Below, piece after piece: positions 34,201-45,527 of a stretch of DNA of 64,000 bases. A model generated the notes under the pieces. The model saw nothing but the letters and a program-made list of their open reading frames with translations, made no database searches and was not told the DNA's origin. This DNA is from Perkinsus olseni (lineage: Eukaryota), in contig JABANN010000032.1 of NCBI GenBank assembly GCA_013115125.1, forward strand, positions 1-64,000, given 5' to 3'. The position numbers and the translations under genes are program-made. Within the stretch, counting starts at the first letter, position 1. Each line of letters opens with the position of its first letter.

Positions 34201-35823
34201 ATGACCGCTGCATGGGGATTCGCCCTCGGCATTTGCATCAACATCGTCGGTGCCGTCACCACTAACCTCGGTACTGTCCTCATGAAGTACCACGCCGCGG
34301 TTCGGAGTGGATTCGGCCCGTGGCTGAAAGTCGGCCTCACGCTCTTCTGTATTGGCTCTGTACTCACCTTCAGCTCGTTTGCCCTAGCCCCTCAATCTCT
34401 GCTCGCGGGCGTCTCGGCAGTCCAATTTGTATCAAATTTGCTCTTTGCAAGGTTCCTGCTGGGCGAGAATTTCAACGTCAGTAATATTACCGGTACTGTA
34501 ATCATCATCATATCCATTGTACTTCTTGTAGTAGCGTCACTGGAAACGGAAAATCCCGATTCTGTTGACGAAATTTTTGACGACTACTTTTTTTCTTTTC
34601 ATCATTTGTATTTTCTTTGCGGTCTCCTTGGCCTTTGTTCGCTCCTGGCCATCATGTTCTGGCTTCGCACCGGCGTGTTCGTTTTCTGGGCTCGGAACTC
34701 TCCCAAGGCGACGAGGCTCCAGTGGGAGCTCTCCTTGCCCCGGTCACAGGGCCGTAAGACCCGCTTCGTGCTACCGCTCTTGTACAGTACAGTAGCGGCT
34801 TCAATCGGCGGGCAATCGGTCGTTTCCGGGAAGGTCCTGGCGGTGGTCCTCGCTGCCGGCATAGTCGAGGGAGAGCCCCAACAGCTCTATCAGCCACGGA
34901 CGTTCCTCGTTCTGGCGCTGTGGATACTGGCTGCTGTCTTCTGGGTTATCCATCTTAATCGAGCGCTCCGGATCTTTCCGGGGGCGTTTGTGGTGCCCCT
35001 GACGCAGGTGTGTTGGACCTTTGCCACGATGATGTCTGGAGGGATCGTTTTCAAGGAGTTCCAGCAGATGGCGGCCTGGGCTCTGGCTCTGTTCTCTGTC
35101 GCGGCGGCGGTACTGTTTTTCGGTGTTTTTTTGCTCTCACCTAGGAAAGGACAGGCTACGGATGCTGATGAAGGCCAACAGCAGACCGCTGCGGAGGGCA
35201 TGTGTGACGAAGAAGAGGGCACGAGGGAGGGTCTTGACGCAGACGGGTCGGAGGTGCCACCACCCCTCCCTCCCTTGGGTCCCCCGCGGAACACCGAGAC
35301 GGAGCTGTCGGCCCGGCAGAATTCTTTGAGGCAGTTCATGAGCGCGATTTCCATCGATGCTTGTCGGGATGTTAGGAGTGAGGACGAGCTGCAGATGCCG
35401 GGCAGCTTCATCTTTACTCCGCGGGGAGAGTCCATGCAGGTCGCTGACCAACCGGCAGGGCCGTCTGCCGCGATCAGAGCGGATGGCCGCCAGGTTACAG
35501 TCACGCTGGAGGCCTCTCTTGAGGAGAGCGGTGATGTAGAGGCGAGCTTCCCGGATCCTCCTTATATAAGAATCATGCGGTGGTGGTGTCGTCGAAGGCG
35601 AGCGAGGCGACAACGGTCGCGTGTGAGCAGCAGCGGCGGGTCTAAGGACTTGCCCAGTACGGGCGCGCGGTCATCGGAGCTGAGCACGCCGAAGGAGATC
35701 GACTTGAACGACATCGAAATGGCAGTTCGAGACGACGCCCTTCCTGATGGCGATGGGCCTGCACAACATCTGGGGCATCGCAGTCCGTCTGGAAGGTTCG
35801 ACTACACTTCTACTGGAGTGTGA
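34201..35823 (+). CDS. NIPA-family Mg2+ transporter-like protein, tandem paralog, intronless
   Basis: FALAPQSLLAGVSAVQFVSNLLFARFLLGE; ALRIFPGAFVVPLTQV; SGGIVFKEF; longer C-tail than the first copy. Confidence 0.85.
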   Translation: MTAAWGFALGICINIVGAVTTNLGTVLMKYHAAVRSGFGPWLKVGLTLFCIGSVLTFSSFALAPQSLLAGVSAVQFVSNLLFARFLLGENFNVSNITGTVIIIISIVLLVVASLETENPDSVDEIFDDYFFSFHHLYFLCGLLGLCSLLAIMFWLRTGVFVFWARNSPKATRLQWELSLPRSQGRKTRFVLPLLYSTVAASIGGQSVVSGKVLAVVLAAGIVEGEPQQLYQPRTFLVLALWILAAVFWVIHLNRALRIFPGAFVVPLTQVCWTFATMMSGGIVFKEFQQMAAWALALFSVAAAVLFFGVFLLSPRKGQATDADEGQQQTAAEGMCDEEEGTREGLDADGSEVPPPLPPLGPPRNTETELSARQNSLRQFMSAISIDACRDVRSEDELQMPGSFIFTPRGESMQVADQPAGPSAAIRADGRQVTVTLEASLEESGDVEASFPDPPYIRIMRWWCRRRRARRQRSRVSSSGGSKDLPSTGARSSELSTPKEIDLNDIEMAVRDDALPDGDGPAQHLGHRSPSGRFDYTSTGV

Positions 35824-36033
35824 GGGCAGCTGAGCCGCCATTGGTCGGACGCTTCTGTATTTCGGCCGCCCTCTGCCGACTTTTCTCCGATTGTTTGCAT
35901 CCAAACGTTTTTGGACTATTTCTGTGCTAAATTTGTTTTCGGGCAGCTTCAGTAAGGAAGCTCCCGGAAGACTCATAATCGAGATTTGAGTAGTTTAGTA
36001 GTACATTGTCATTATCACCCCAGTCACGTTATT

Positions 36034-36091
36034 GCCTGTGCAGCTGCTGTTTTGTTGCATGAGGTCGCGGGTTCGATCCCCGGTAGAGGCA
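36034..36091 (+). pseudogene. tRNA-like remnant (acceptor stem and T-arm present; D/anticodon region shortened)
   Basis: GCCTGTG..GAGGTCGCGGGTTCGATCCCCGGTAGAGGCA followed by TTTT; B-box GGTTCGATCC present. Confidence 0.5.
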
Positions 36092-36204
36092 TTTTCCGTC
36101 AGAATTGAGAATTTTATCATATCTGAATGACCAAGCCAGGTGAAGCAGACCCTCGGGATCGCCATCGGCCTCCTAAATGGTGAGCACCAGTGTTCTAGCT
36201 CGAG

Positions 36205-36732
36205 ATGGATGTTCATGTTTTTCATGGCAGGCCCGCTACGATTCCCGAGGGAGGGCCCCTCCCGAACATACCGGAAGAGGATGAGTTTGTAGAGGAACAG
36301 AAGCCCCCTGCTAGCGCTACCGAGTCCGCGGCAAAGAGGAGCTGCGGCCATTGGTGCGGTGGCATGGGTGAGAAGCTGAAGCAGCAGCTGTATAAAGTCT
36401 TGCCGGCCATCACCATCGATGCATCGCAGGAGTACCGGAATCAAGATCAATTCCATGTACAGGGGGCTTTTGTATTCAACAACAACAGCTGCAGTGAGGA
36501 CGACTCATCAACCCGACGACGAGCAGACTCATCACGCTATGAGAGACCAAAGTGTATTGCATTACAGAACGGAGATATTCCGGATCCGCCCATCTATGAG
36601 CTGAAGAAGCGCATGAGAAGCATCAGTGGCGACAAACGCAAAACGTCAGGAGAAGTGCGTGAGCGGCAACCAGAAGACGAAGGCAGCCACGTCCCAGCGG
36701 AAGATGAGCCTCTGATGTCTTCGCGAGACTAG
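36205..36732 (+). CDS. Hypothetical low-complexity protein (175 aa)
   Basis: Single ATG-initiated ORF; shares loose motifs (AITIDA, DPPIY) with the NIPA C-tails (AISIDA/AVSIDA, DPPY/EPPY). Confidence 0.5.
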   Translation: MDVHVFHGRPATIPEGGPLPNIPEEDEFVEEQKPPASATESAAKRSCGHWCGGMGEKLKQQLYKVLPAITIDASQEYRNQDQFHVQGAFVFNNNSCSEDDSSTRRRADSSRYERPKCIALQNGDIPDPPIYELKKRMRSISGDKRKTSGEVRERQPEDEGSHVPAEDEPLMSSRD

Positions 36733-37390
36733 ATCGCCCTGTATCATAAGGCCTTGGTCGCTGCTACCCGTTATCAAAGGCAGCTACAGCAGTGTAAGCT
36801 TTTAAGTCTGTGAACATTTTGTCAAGTCGAATATGACGTGGGGGCACCCCAACCATTTTGTGATCTCCACGATGTTGCCAAGAGCCACCGGTTGTGAGTG
36901 GCTCGCCGCAAGACGCGTAAGGCGCTACTACTACGACGACATCACCATTGCTACGTGTTGAAGTACGGCTGGGCTACACAAGTTCAGCAGCAGACGGTCT
37001 CTGAATTTCTCCTACTATTCGTCAGCATCAAAGCTCCTCCATCTCCTATGGTGGCGTTGTGTTGTATGAGTTCCTTCGGTATTGCCGCCCCACGAGCTCT
37101 CGCCGTCCGCAAAACATACCCCCGTTACACAAACCGTGATAGCAGGAGGCTAATACGGACGGCTCAAGCTGGCCGGCCGGAGCATGCCACAGTGTGTGTG
37201 ACTTAGACACATAGTTCCACTTCCGGCTCCGTCTTAGACTCTTGCCGGTGTGCTCAGTTAGGGCTCTCTGTAACGTTGATGCCACAGTGTCATTACCCGG
37301 TCTACTGCAGTCCGGTTAAGATATCGCTGCTGTTCAGTTTGTCCCCCTAGCATCCATCTTGATACCGTGCCGTTCACCCCGAAGGCTCCA

Positions 37391-38110
37391 ATGAGTCAGT
37401 CCAAGCGTGTCATTTTCCTGGATGTCGATGGTGTTTTACATCCTTTCCCGTACGACTGGCGGCAGCCTCAGTTCCAACGTGTCTTCTCAGATTGGACTTC
37501 GCTACTGCGCAGGGCAGTGATACGACGGAGTGCCTGCAAGCCTCCTGTATGCAACAGCTGCAGAGAATAATCCTCAGTACTGGTAAGCACCGCATCGCCA
37601 TCATCACATTCTGTGTTCACTTGGCATCCTAGGAGCCTGCATAGTCCTTTCTTCGAGCTGGAGATTCTTCCCGAGCACTCGGCAGAGGCTGCAGGATAGT
37701 CTAGCGAGCTACGGCATTCCTCCGTTTCAACAGTAGGGCCGAGCTTCGCGATCGGGTTTACAGATTTCAGTGGCAGGTGGATAGCGGCAGACGCCGAACG
37801 AGACGTGAAGGATCGAATGGACCTTATCATGGAGTTCGTCGAGGGTAACCCAGAGACCGTCAGCGGGGGTTGGGTGGTCATCGATGACGCCGACCTGGCT
37901 GCTGGCCACGACAGTCTCATCGCGGAAGTTTTCAAGCAACATTATGTAAGCCACTCGTGAGCCGTGTGGTGATGGTTATGAGCGCTTTTTCAGGTAAAGA
38001 CGAATCCGATGGTGGGGTTGACGAAAGAGTTGGCTGATAAGGCTATAGCTGTTCTTCAACAGGATGATGATGAGTGTTCAGAGAGTTCCTCGATGGAATA
38101 TCCGTGCTGA
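37391..38110 (+). CDS. HAD_SAK (Swiss Army Knife RNA-repair-like HAD) domain protein (multi-exon)
   Basis: VIFLDVDGVLHP, IVLSSSWR, WVVIDDADL, VKTNPMVGLT..ADKAI. Confidence 0.8.
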
Positions 38111-39019
38111 TCTAGTTGAGTTAGTCCACACTCCAGTGCTGACCGGGCCTTGCGCCGCTTAACTTCTGAGTTCGGACGGAATCCGATGTATTCGACGCAT
38201 TATGGCCGCTGGCGACTCTAATGTAAACAAAATGCAACGTTACCACGAAGCTCGGAACCCGAAGACCGACTAAGTAGGACCCATTTCGCCGCCACTAAGT
38301 CGAGACTCTGCATCTGACTTGAGTGGATAGGCCTCACTCAACGGGAACCTTAACGCGCTCTTTGCACTTGACAGATCACGCACATGACTCATAGTAACGC
38401 AAAAACATCATGGCATCAAGTCTCTGGAGACGAACACTTCCCCTCGGACGAAGGCGCTGTTGGAGTTGGCTTAAACCTATACTGCACCAACAGCGGACGT
38501 ATCCGGTCACGCCAATGCTTCTTGATGACCTCCTCGAACTCTATGGATCCGCTGGTCCCACCATGTATGACCACCTAACGTCAAAGTGTCCATCACCGTG
38601 TTAGGGTAACGAGGCCACACACTAACAAAGATGGAGACGCTCCCCTTAATGTAAACAGCCGGGGTATACGCATCACACTACGTAGGAAGGTGTTGCTTAA
38701 ATACCGTATACAGTCAAAAACTATCAAGTTGAAACCTTGTCTGGAACGAAGGGACTTTCAGTCGACTATTAAGGGAGAGGTGCATGACAGGGTCGACGTT
38801 CACAAAGCGCTTCGGGCCTGTGGGCGACGAACGATTGAGCGTTCCCAGGGCCGGCGGGAGCGATATAACAACCCTAGTATTCAAAAGGGATATCAGCCTT
38901 GCATTCGGTAATGAGAATATGTACATGAAACTATTTCATCACTCTTCATAGTGTAAAATTTGTATACAAAAAAAACTGTATCCAAAAATTCATTGACGAG
39001 TATTCTTTGAAGCCATATA

Positions 39020-40760
39020 TACTCACCTGTCCGCTTGGAAAAATTAATGTGTAAATCTCGGGTCGTCGTGGCTCCACTGGCGGCCGTGGCGGTTCTGCAA
39101 CGAGACATAAGGACATTATCAAACCACACTTGCCTACCCTCGGTGCCGAGACCATCACTCAGTCTGCTGGCGGAACTATCCACTCGAGGACCTGAAGCCG
39201 TGAATGACAGCAGGCAGCGGTACCGCACTGGCGGGAATACGTTTATTCATGGGGGACATGAGCACATGCAGCTCGGGCTCATCAAGTCCGTCATCCTCCG
39301 GCCGTGGTCGCTTGCTGGAAGGAGTGCCGCTGTCCCCGCCTGGAGACTGAGGGACCGATGCTGGCTGCTCGGGTTGGGACGCCGGAACTGTGGAGGGGCG
39401 GTGCACGGCAAAGCGCAGAGGCAGTAGCCTACCAGGAGGAGGGACTTCATGTACAATAGTGACGGCCACAGAGGTTCCCGAAGATACTTCCGACGGGTCG
39501 AAGTGAACTCGTACGCAGTTCTCCTGTTCTAGTATCTTTTCCTTTGCCCTGAGACGACGCGGCGATGGACGTGCTGGCGGCTGTGACGTGTGCTTACGCT
39601 GCGAGCTTCACGACGTCCACAACGTCTGGGAATCTGGCCACGGCAACGAGGTTGACGACCCTGTAGATTCCCTTCGCTGAGGTGTTGGCGTGCGCGGCTG
39701 TGAGGTAGCTTGAATGCTGAGCCCTCGACGACATCTGAGGGGGCTGTTAAAGGCCTGGCTTTCGGACGGGCGGCACCTCAAACGCCCTGTGATGTGGCAG
39801 CTGCTTCAGTCTGTTTCGTGCAAGGTTGTTCACATTCATCGCGAATTTGTTGGCCAGATCCTTGGACGCTAAAGACGACCACAGCAACAGGTGCAGCCGA
39901 GCTGAAAGGAGCCAGGAGGACTCACAGCTGCAGACGTAGATTCTCCCAGTCGCCTTGCACAGGGCAACATAGCCGCAGACAGACTGTGGATTGGCAGGCG
40001 TTGGCGGAGTGCCGACGGTGAAGGTGATCATCTTATCTCCTCGGTTCTGAGGGAGGTAATGTAGAAGAGCCACTGCCTGGTCGTCTACTCACAGCTTTAA
40101 CTTGTCGCTTGGCCACCTGCTGGAGGATTTTCAATGACGTCAGGCGGTCCGTGCCGAGCTTGATCTCGATGACAGCCATGGCGATCTCGATCTCTGACGC
40201 GGTCGAGTCTTGCGGCTGCTGCGTCCCTGAGATCAACGGCGTTGCGCATACGAGAGCGCCCCCGTCCCCACCTTGACGGGCCATGAAGGGAGGCATCCCG
40301 AACGGCATCATCCCCGGCCGAGGCATTCCAGCCGCCTGACAACGATAGTACAACAAACGCGAAGGCCGGAAAATATTGGGCCAGTAAAATTCCATGTTTC
40401 AACTGCCTCTGCTCACCCCCATAGGATAGGGCATCATCCTCGCCGCCCCAGGCATCATACCCGGCATAGTGTGCGGCATGAAGGCAGCGGCCTGGAAGCG
40501 ACAGTCCTGGACCAACGCCGGCAGTGAGCGCTCACCTGTTGAGTGTACATCTGCTGTTGTCGACTGAGCAGTTGAAGTGCCATTGCTGGCGAGACCGGCC
40601 CGGGCTGAGCTACCATGCCAGGCACCGCGCTGCTCTGCTGCTGCTGCTGCTGCTGTTGCTGGGCCTGAGCAGCACGCTACTTTCCTTCTTAGTTTCATTG
40701 ACGCTGGCGACCCACATGGACTCGCCGCATGTACTCATAGAGCTGCTGCTGTTGATTCAT
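39020..40760 (-). CDS. Divergent TBP-like factor (TLF/TRF2-like fold) with N-terminal polyQ and Pro/Met-rich region; 3' end approximate
   Basis: Spliced product has two TBP-like repeats: EIEIAMAVIEIK..LHYLPQ..VALCKATGRIYVCS..LANKFAMNVNNL and IYRVVNLVAVARFPDVVDVVKLA..VHFDPSE (cf. TLF FKVVNVLAV..YEPE). Confidence 0.5.
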
Positions 40761-40890
40761 TATTGCATACGCCGGTTGTCCTGGCAACTGAACGCCACAG
40801 TCAGTACCACATTTCGCCCAACTACTAGGCAACGCAATTCCACAAGACTCCACCGGAAACGTCACTCTACCACAGCATGAACTGAGAACG

Positions 40891-42404
40891 TCACTGGCGG
40901 GGCCAGTAACCCGAGTATGTGAGGTGGTATCTCTTCTTATTCTGTTTAACAAAGTTAGGGTCGATGTAGTCCTCGGGGATGTCTTGCTCCGGTATCGAAT
41001 AAGGCCGGTACGCATGCACGATCTCCGTCTCGTCAAGGTCGTAAGACGGGTGGAACCTGAGGGGACTCCAATAAGGCTAAGCCCTCAGGAAGGCAGAAGT
41101 ATTTTCTGAGAGACAGACGACCGACTAACCTAGCCGTGCCGTCCTCAGGGAGGAGATGCATGATGTCCCGCAATGTGATGGCACCGTAGGGCTCTTCCAT
41201 CCGTAGCTTGCTGCAGTCCACAAGGAACGGCGGAGGTATCTTCTCTCCAACGCACCTCGAAGAAAAGGCCGTCGAGCTTCTGGTGATCCCGGTCTTGCCT
41301 ACTGTAATTTGATGGTGGGCATGGCTAAATCGATCTGGGCTCGATTGAGGTGAGCATGGGAGCCAAACACTCCCACTAGCGTCACCGGTATGTCTATCTG
41401 AAACAACAAAGATTTCTCCGCTACGGAATGTGACTTGGGCGTTCCAAGTGGTACTCCACGAATACACCGCGACCTGGAGGGAAGCCGAAGGAGCCTTGGA
41501 TGCTGCGATAGCTTCAACCCAGAAAGCACGTATGTAAAAGATGAACTGCTCGCCGGTTGACACAGTACCACATATCGACCAACTCACCGCAACCCCTAGT
41601 ATCCCACCTCCGTGATGCTTCCCGGTATGTGTCGGTTGAAGCGGACGAAGAAGACCTGTCGATTCACTGGATGGGCCTTGTAGTCCACAACAACGCAGTC
41701 CTCGATCCACTCATGCTCGACAATAACACGGAACATTCGACCCATGAACAGATGGCTGATCTGCGGAGAGGAAGGGCAAGTTCTCACTCGTCAATAGGGG
41801 TCACGGACAGACGAGAATTCGAGTAAACCCCCACCCTTACGTGAGCTTGTGGGTCATCATCGAAAGCAACCGCCTCTATGTCCGACTTCTTGAAAATGAC
41901 TTTCCTGTCGTACCCCCGCTTTACTATTATCCCCGGCACGTAACCTACGCAGCGAGCATCCTAGGGCCACTGGCAAACAGCAGGCCCACCTTCGGACACT
42001 AAGAAGGGGGACTGAGCAAACTTCGGCCATGCCTTCGCCTGAGAGACAAGCGCACTTCGAAGGGAATCTTGACGGCGTGCATGGGTCGAGTTCAACCGGC
42101 CTGCCCGGTTCGCGATCGTTTCATGGTGGACGGAGCATCCAGGAGAACGCCACTGGAAGGCAACTGCAGCCCGCAGTACATGTAACTCGACGGTGGAGTC
42201 CCGAGTAGGGCGTCCCTTGAAGTAGTCCATCATCTCGTGATGAACGTACTGCCAGTTCATCTTCAATAGATCTTGCTTCCACGGGTAGCGGACACGCTGG
42301 ATGCGCCGGTGCTTGTCCGAGAAGTAGCGCGCTCCCGAGATCAGACCGCCGCCGCTGGGAGCCACTCGGAAGCTCGGCCGTATCCTACCGCCATTGATGA
42401 GCAT
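40891..42404 (-). CDS. Mitochondrial ribosomal protein bL25 (L25/CTC family), multi-exon
   Basis: Arg-rich presequence; RRQDSLR.GYVPGII, DYKAHPVNRQVFFVRF, IPVTLVG, IPPPFLVDCSKL. Confidence 0.8.
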
Positions 42405-42522
42405 GAAAACTCAACTGTCTCCACGACCACCGACAACCAAATGGCAAGTCGGGCAGGCAAGTCCCCTCCACGGCCCACCACGGAGCTCACTAAACTGAAG
42501 TACTCAGTTTTACAGAAACGAC

Positions 42523-43014
42523 TCAAAGGCCATTGCCGGCCAGCCATGCTCGGATGATGTTCTTGTGATCGCCTCTGAGTTCAAGGGCACGATCGTTCAG
42601 CTGCCTGGCGGGCGTCCGGCAGATGTTCTCCAATTCGGCTTTTATAACCTAGACACGGTGACTAAGGGACCCAGGACCATTCGGACCACAGGGAACGGTC
42701 AGGCTGCTTCTCGACGCATCGGAAATCACCGAGGCGTGGAAAGACGAGACTAGAAAACACATTCGACCTTCCGTCAGTTGCGGAGATGGACCTTCATTTT
42801 ATGCTACCAGCACTACCTTAATATCTCCCTTTATCCTCTTGACCTGCGTAAATGCCTGCGACCTGTTGTTCCGGTAGTAGACATGTACCGGTAGATTATC
42901 CTCACTGCTACGGTGGACGTGGAAGGGCATGCTAGGCTCGTTGCTGGATGAGCTTCTATTAAACCGGGCAACCTTCGAAAAGGAGCGAATCTGCTGTAGA
43001 GGTCGGGCGATCAT
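42523..43014 (-). CDS. MRPL49: Mitochondrial ribosomal protein mL49/Img2 (2 exons)
   Basis: PFHVHRSSEDNLPVHV..TQVKRIKGDIK | VIKAELE..LELRGDHKNIIRAWLAGNGL*. Confidence 0.88.
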
Positions 43015-43135
43015 TATGGGGACGACAAAATACTGCAAAAATTGTCAACCAGCAAGTAGGAAGCTCGCTAGCGCGACGGTTCATGAGAACGCGCCTGGTG
43101 AGAACGAAAGGCGCGACGGCAAGCATCAGAAACAT

Positions 43136-45143
43136 TCAGACAGAAACATGCTTGGTTGTGCGGGTGAGTTGGACACGCTCGTATTTTGCTTGACCAGTGC
43201 CTCTCGACCGAGATTGCCTTTCGAGAACCCGTCTGTTCCTGGCCCGACCTCGCGAGTCGAAGTGGTGAGCATACTTGGAGCCTTCACGAGGGGCCTCAGG
43301 AGAGGCGATAAAACTGCAAATGTTCATGCGGTTCCGAAAGCACCGCACAACTTACGGTGACGCTGAGACATGCTGAAAGTAGTTGTTTTTGATCTCATGC
43401 AGCGCGACGCTTGCGACCATACCAAGGTCAGCCTCGGCTAGGTTCATCCGTCCACCGGCATCCTCCAGACGCAACCGAATGAACGACCCTGAGCGCCGGG
43501 AGGGACGGAGGGAGGACATGACCCAGGCTACTTACGTGGGGGCGTTGCGAGCCCTGCATGGGGCCCTCGGATCAATAGGGCGATCCCCTCCCTTCTTTCA
43601 ATATTATCAGTCTCTCTTCCCTTGTCATCACGAGTCGTGAAGATGCTACTGTCAGCGCCAATCAATGCGCCCTTGGTGTCCAAAACCGCGGGGAAAAGGG
43701 AACTCTCCTCGATGAATCTAAGGTCGACCCTGGAGTTGGACAAGAAGCTTCGGCGGCCACCGGACCTCTCCAGTCTGTCCAACTTGCCGTAAGTGAAGGG
43801 CATGTTCCACAGGACGGCCTGACCAAGGCTCAAAGGGGAGCATCGACTCATCCTCAGGGATACCTGGCTGGCCCTTATCCCTTTATGGTCGAAGGGGTCG
43901 GCATTCGTCCGAGGCATGAACCAGATGGAGTGCCACTTCAACGCAAATGCCGAGCGGAGGATCGTTCCCAGCTGGCCAGCATCAACTATCCCATCCAGAA
44001 TCTAACCACGCAGCTCGGACGATGCTTTTATGCTACTCCACTACCAACAACAGTTTTGCAGTGTCGGGGGGCCTCTCCAGTGGCTGCGGCATTCGTATTG
44101 TCCCCAACATGTTGTGTTGGTACGACCGCATATTGGCTACCCTGAGTAGAGGCGTTGCCGTGGTGTCCTCCTGCAGGCCCCCAGAGGGCGATGAAGATAA
44201 ATTAGCGTTAGTTTAGGTATCACTGCTGGAGAATTACAGATTAATGACTCAGAGGAGATGGGATTTCGGAGAGGAGTGGTATGAATATTTTTTGTATTCG
44301 CCAAAGGGCCTTGTAAGATTCCGAACGACTATGAGGTCAGAGAAATGCAGACAGTTACTAATCCTCGAAATGCTAACCTGCTACGTAGTCAGGAACTTAA
44401 ACCCATCAGAGTCCAGTGACCTCAGGCAGCTCATCTTTTCTCGGGCGGAAGTGCGGCGGTAAATGTGTTGTTTATTACACGAACTTTACTCCTACTACTC
44501 ATCAACTAGTATGTGAGAATTTTTTCAACTTTAGCCCTCGCACGACAGACTGCCGCGACGCCGAGTATCGTAAGCAATGCAATTTCCGTGCTATCCTCGG
44601 ACTTCATCCTCATCCGTGGGCGCGTCGGAAGGAAATCGCTTAAAAGATCAGTACTAGTTTGCATCTACCCATCAAGACCTAGTTGAACAAGGGTGTCTAA
44701 CGGGAGCCCTCGCACTCTCCGCGTCATAAGTTTTTAAATCATGACGGTTGTTATGAGACGGTTGTATGAGAGCGCTGGAGATACCCGCCATCAACAAGTG
44801 ACTACTTGGCCCATGTTTTGCGCTGCTGATAGACGTGACATGGAGAGCTCACCTTCGAAGTATCTTGTCCGACACCACATGATGTGATTCGTACCGCAGA
44901 GGGCACATGGGAGGAAGAGGGCGATCCGAAACTACTTCCTTGAAGGAGTAACTTCACAACAGTGGGTGTCCAGCAGGCATTGATGTCGACGCAATCTTAC
45001 TTTTCGGCGAGTTCATGCAACAGCTTCCTCCCGGATACCACACATAACTTACTTTCCACTCTTCGAGCGCTCTCATTAGCAAGCCCTAGTAGCTCCGCCA
45101 CCAGAGGATCGGAAAACGATTTGATGACACGACGAGAGGCCAT
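43136..45143 (-). CDS. SpoU/TrmH-family RNA 2'-O-methyltransferase-like protein (MRM3-like) with degenerate motifs
   Basis: IKSFSDPLV..VVSGRKLLHE; VSDKILRRV; LILDGIVDAGQLGTILRSAFAL; DPFDHKGIRASQ; one intron of about 0.7 kb. Confidence 0.75.
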
Positions 45144-45330
45144 TGACGAGAAGACGACAGGCTTATCCAATGGAGGGTACTAATTCATAGTTTTCCCTTC
45201 TACGCTACCAATTACATGAGTCCGAGTACAACTTACCAATCTGTGATTTTCCCTTGTAAGCTATTTCTTTGAGTCCACTTAAAACTTACTGCACAACTTC
45301 TGAGGGTGAATTTCCGGTAATTATCGGGTT

Positions 45331-45375
<45 letters not shown>

Positions 45376-45384
45376 GAGTAGTAG
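45331..45384. repeat. (TAG)n microsatellite
   Basis: 15 perfect TAG units plus degenerate units. Confidence 0.95.
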
Positions 45385-45527
45385 TACAGAGGAATAGTAC
45401 AGCCGTTCAGGCTATGATGGTCATCATCATAAGGAGAAGCCATCCCATTCGTTCTCGTCATAATACAGCAGCGTCATCGGCGGCAAATATCAGTACAGTG
45501 ATGATAAATCAGGAATAGCGAACGTCG

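Noticed and set aside
38384..38911. Short ORFs between the HAD_SAK and TBP-like genes
   Set aside because: No coherent splice model or family motif
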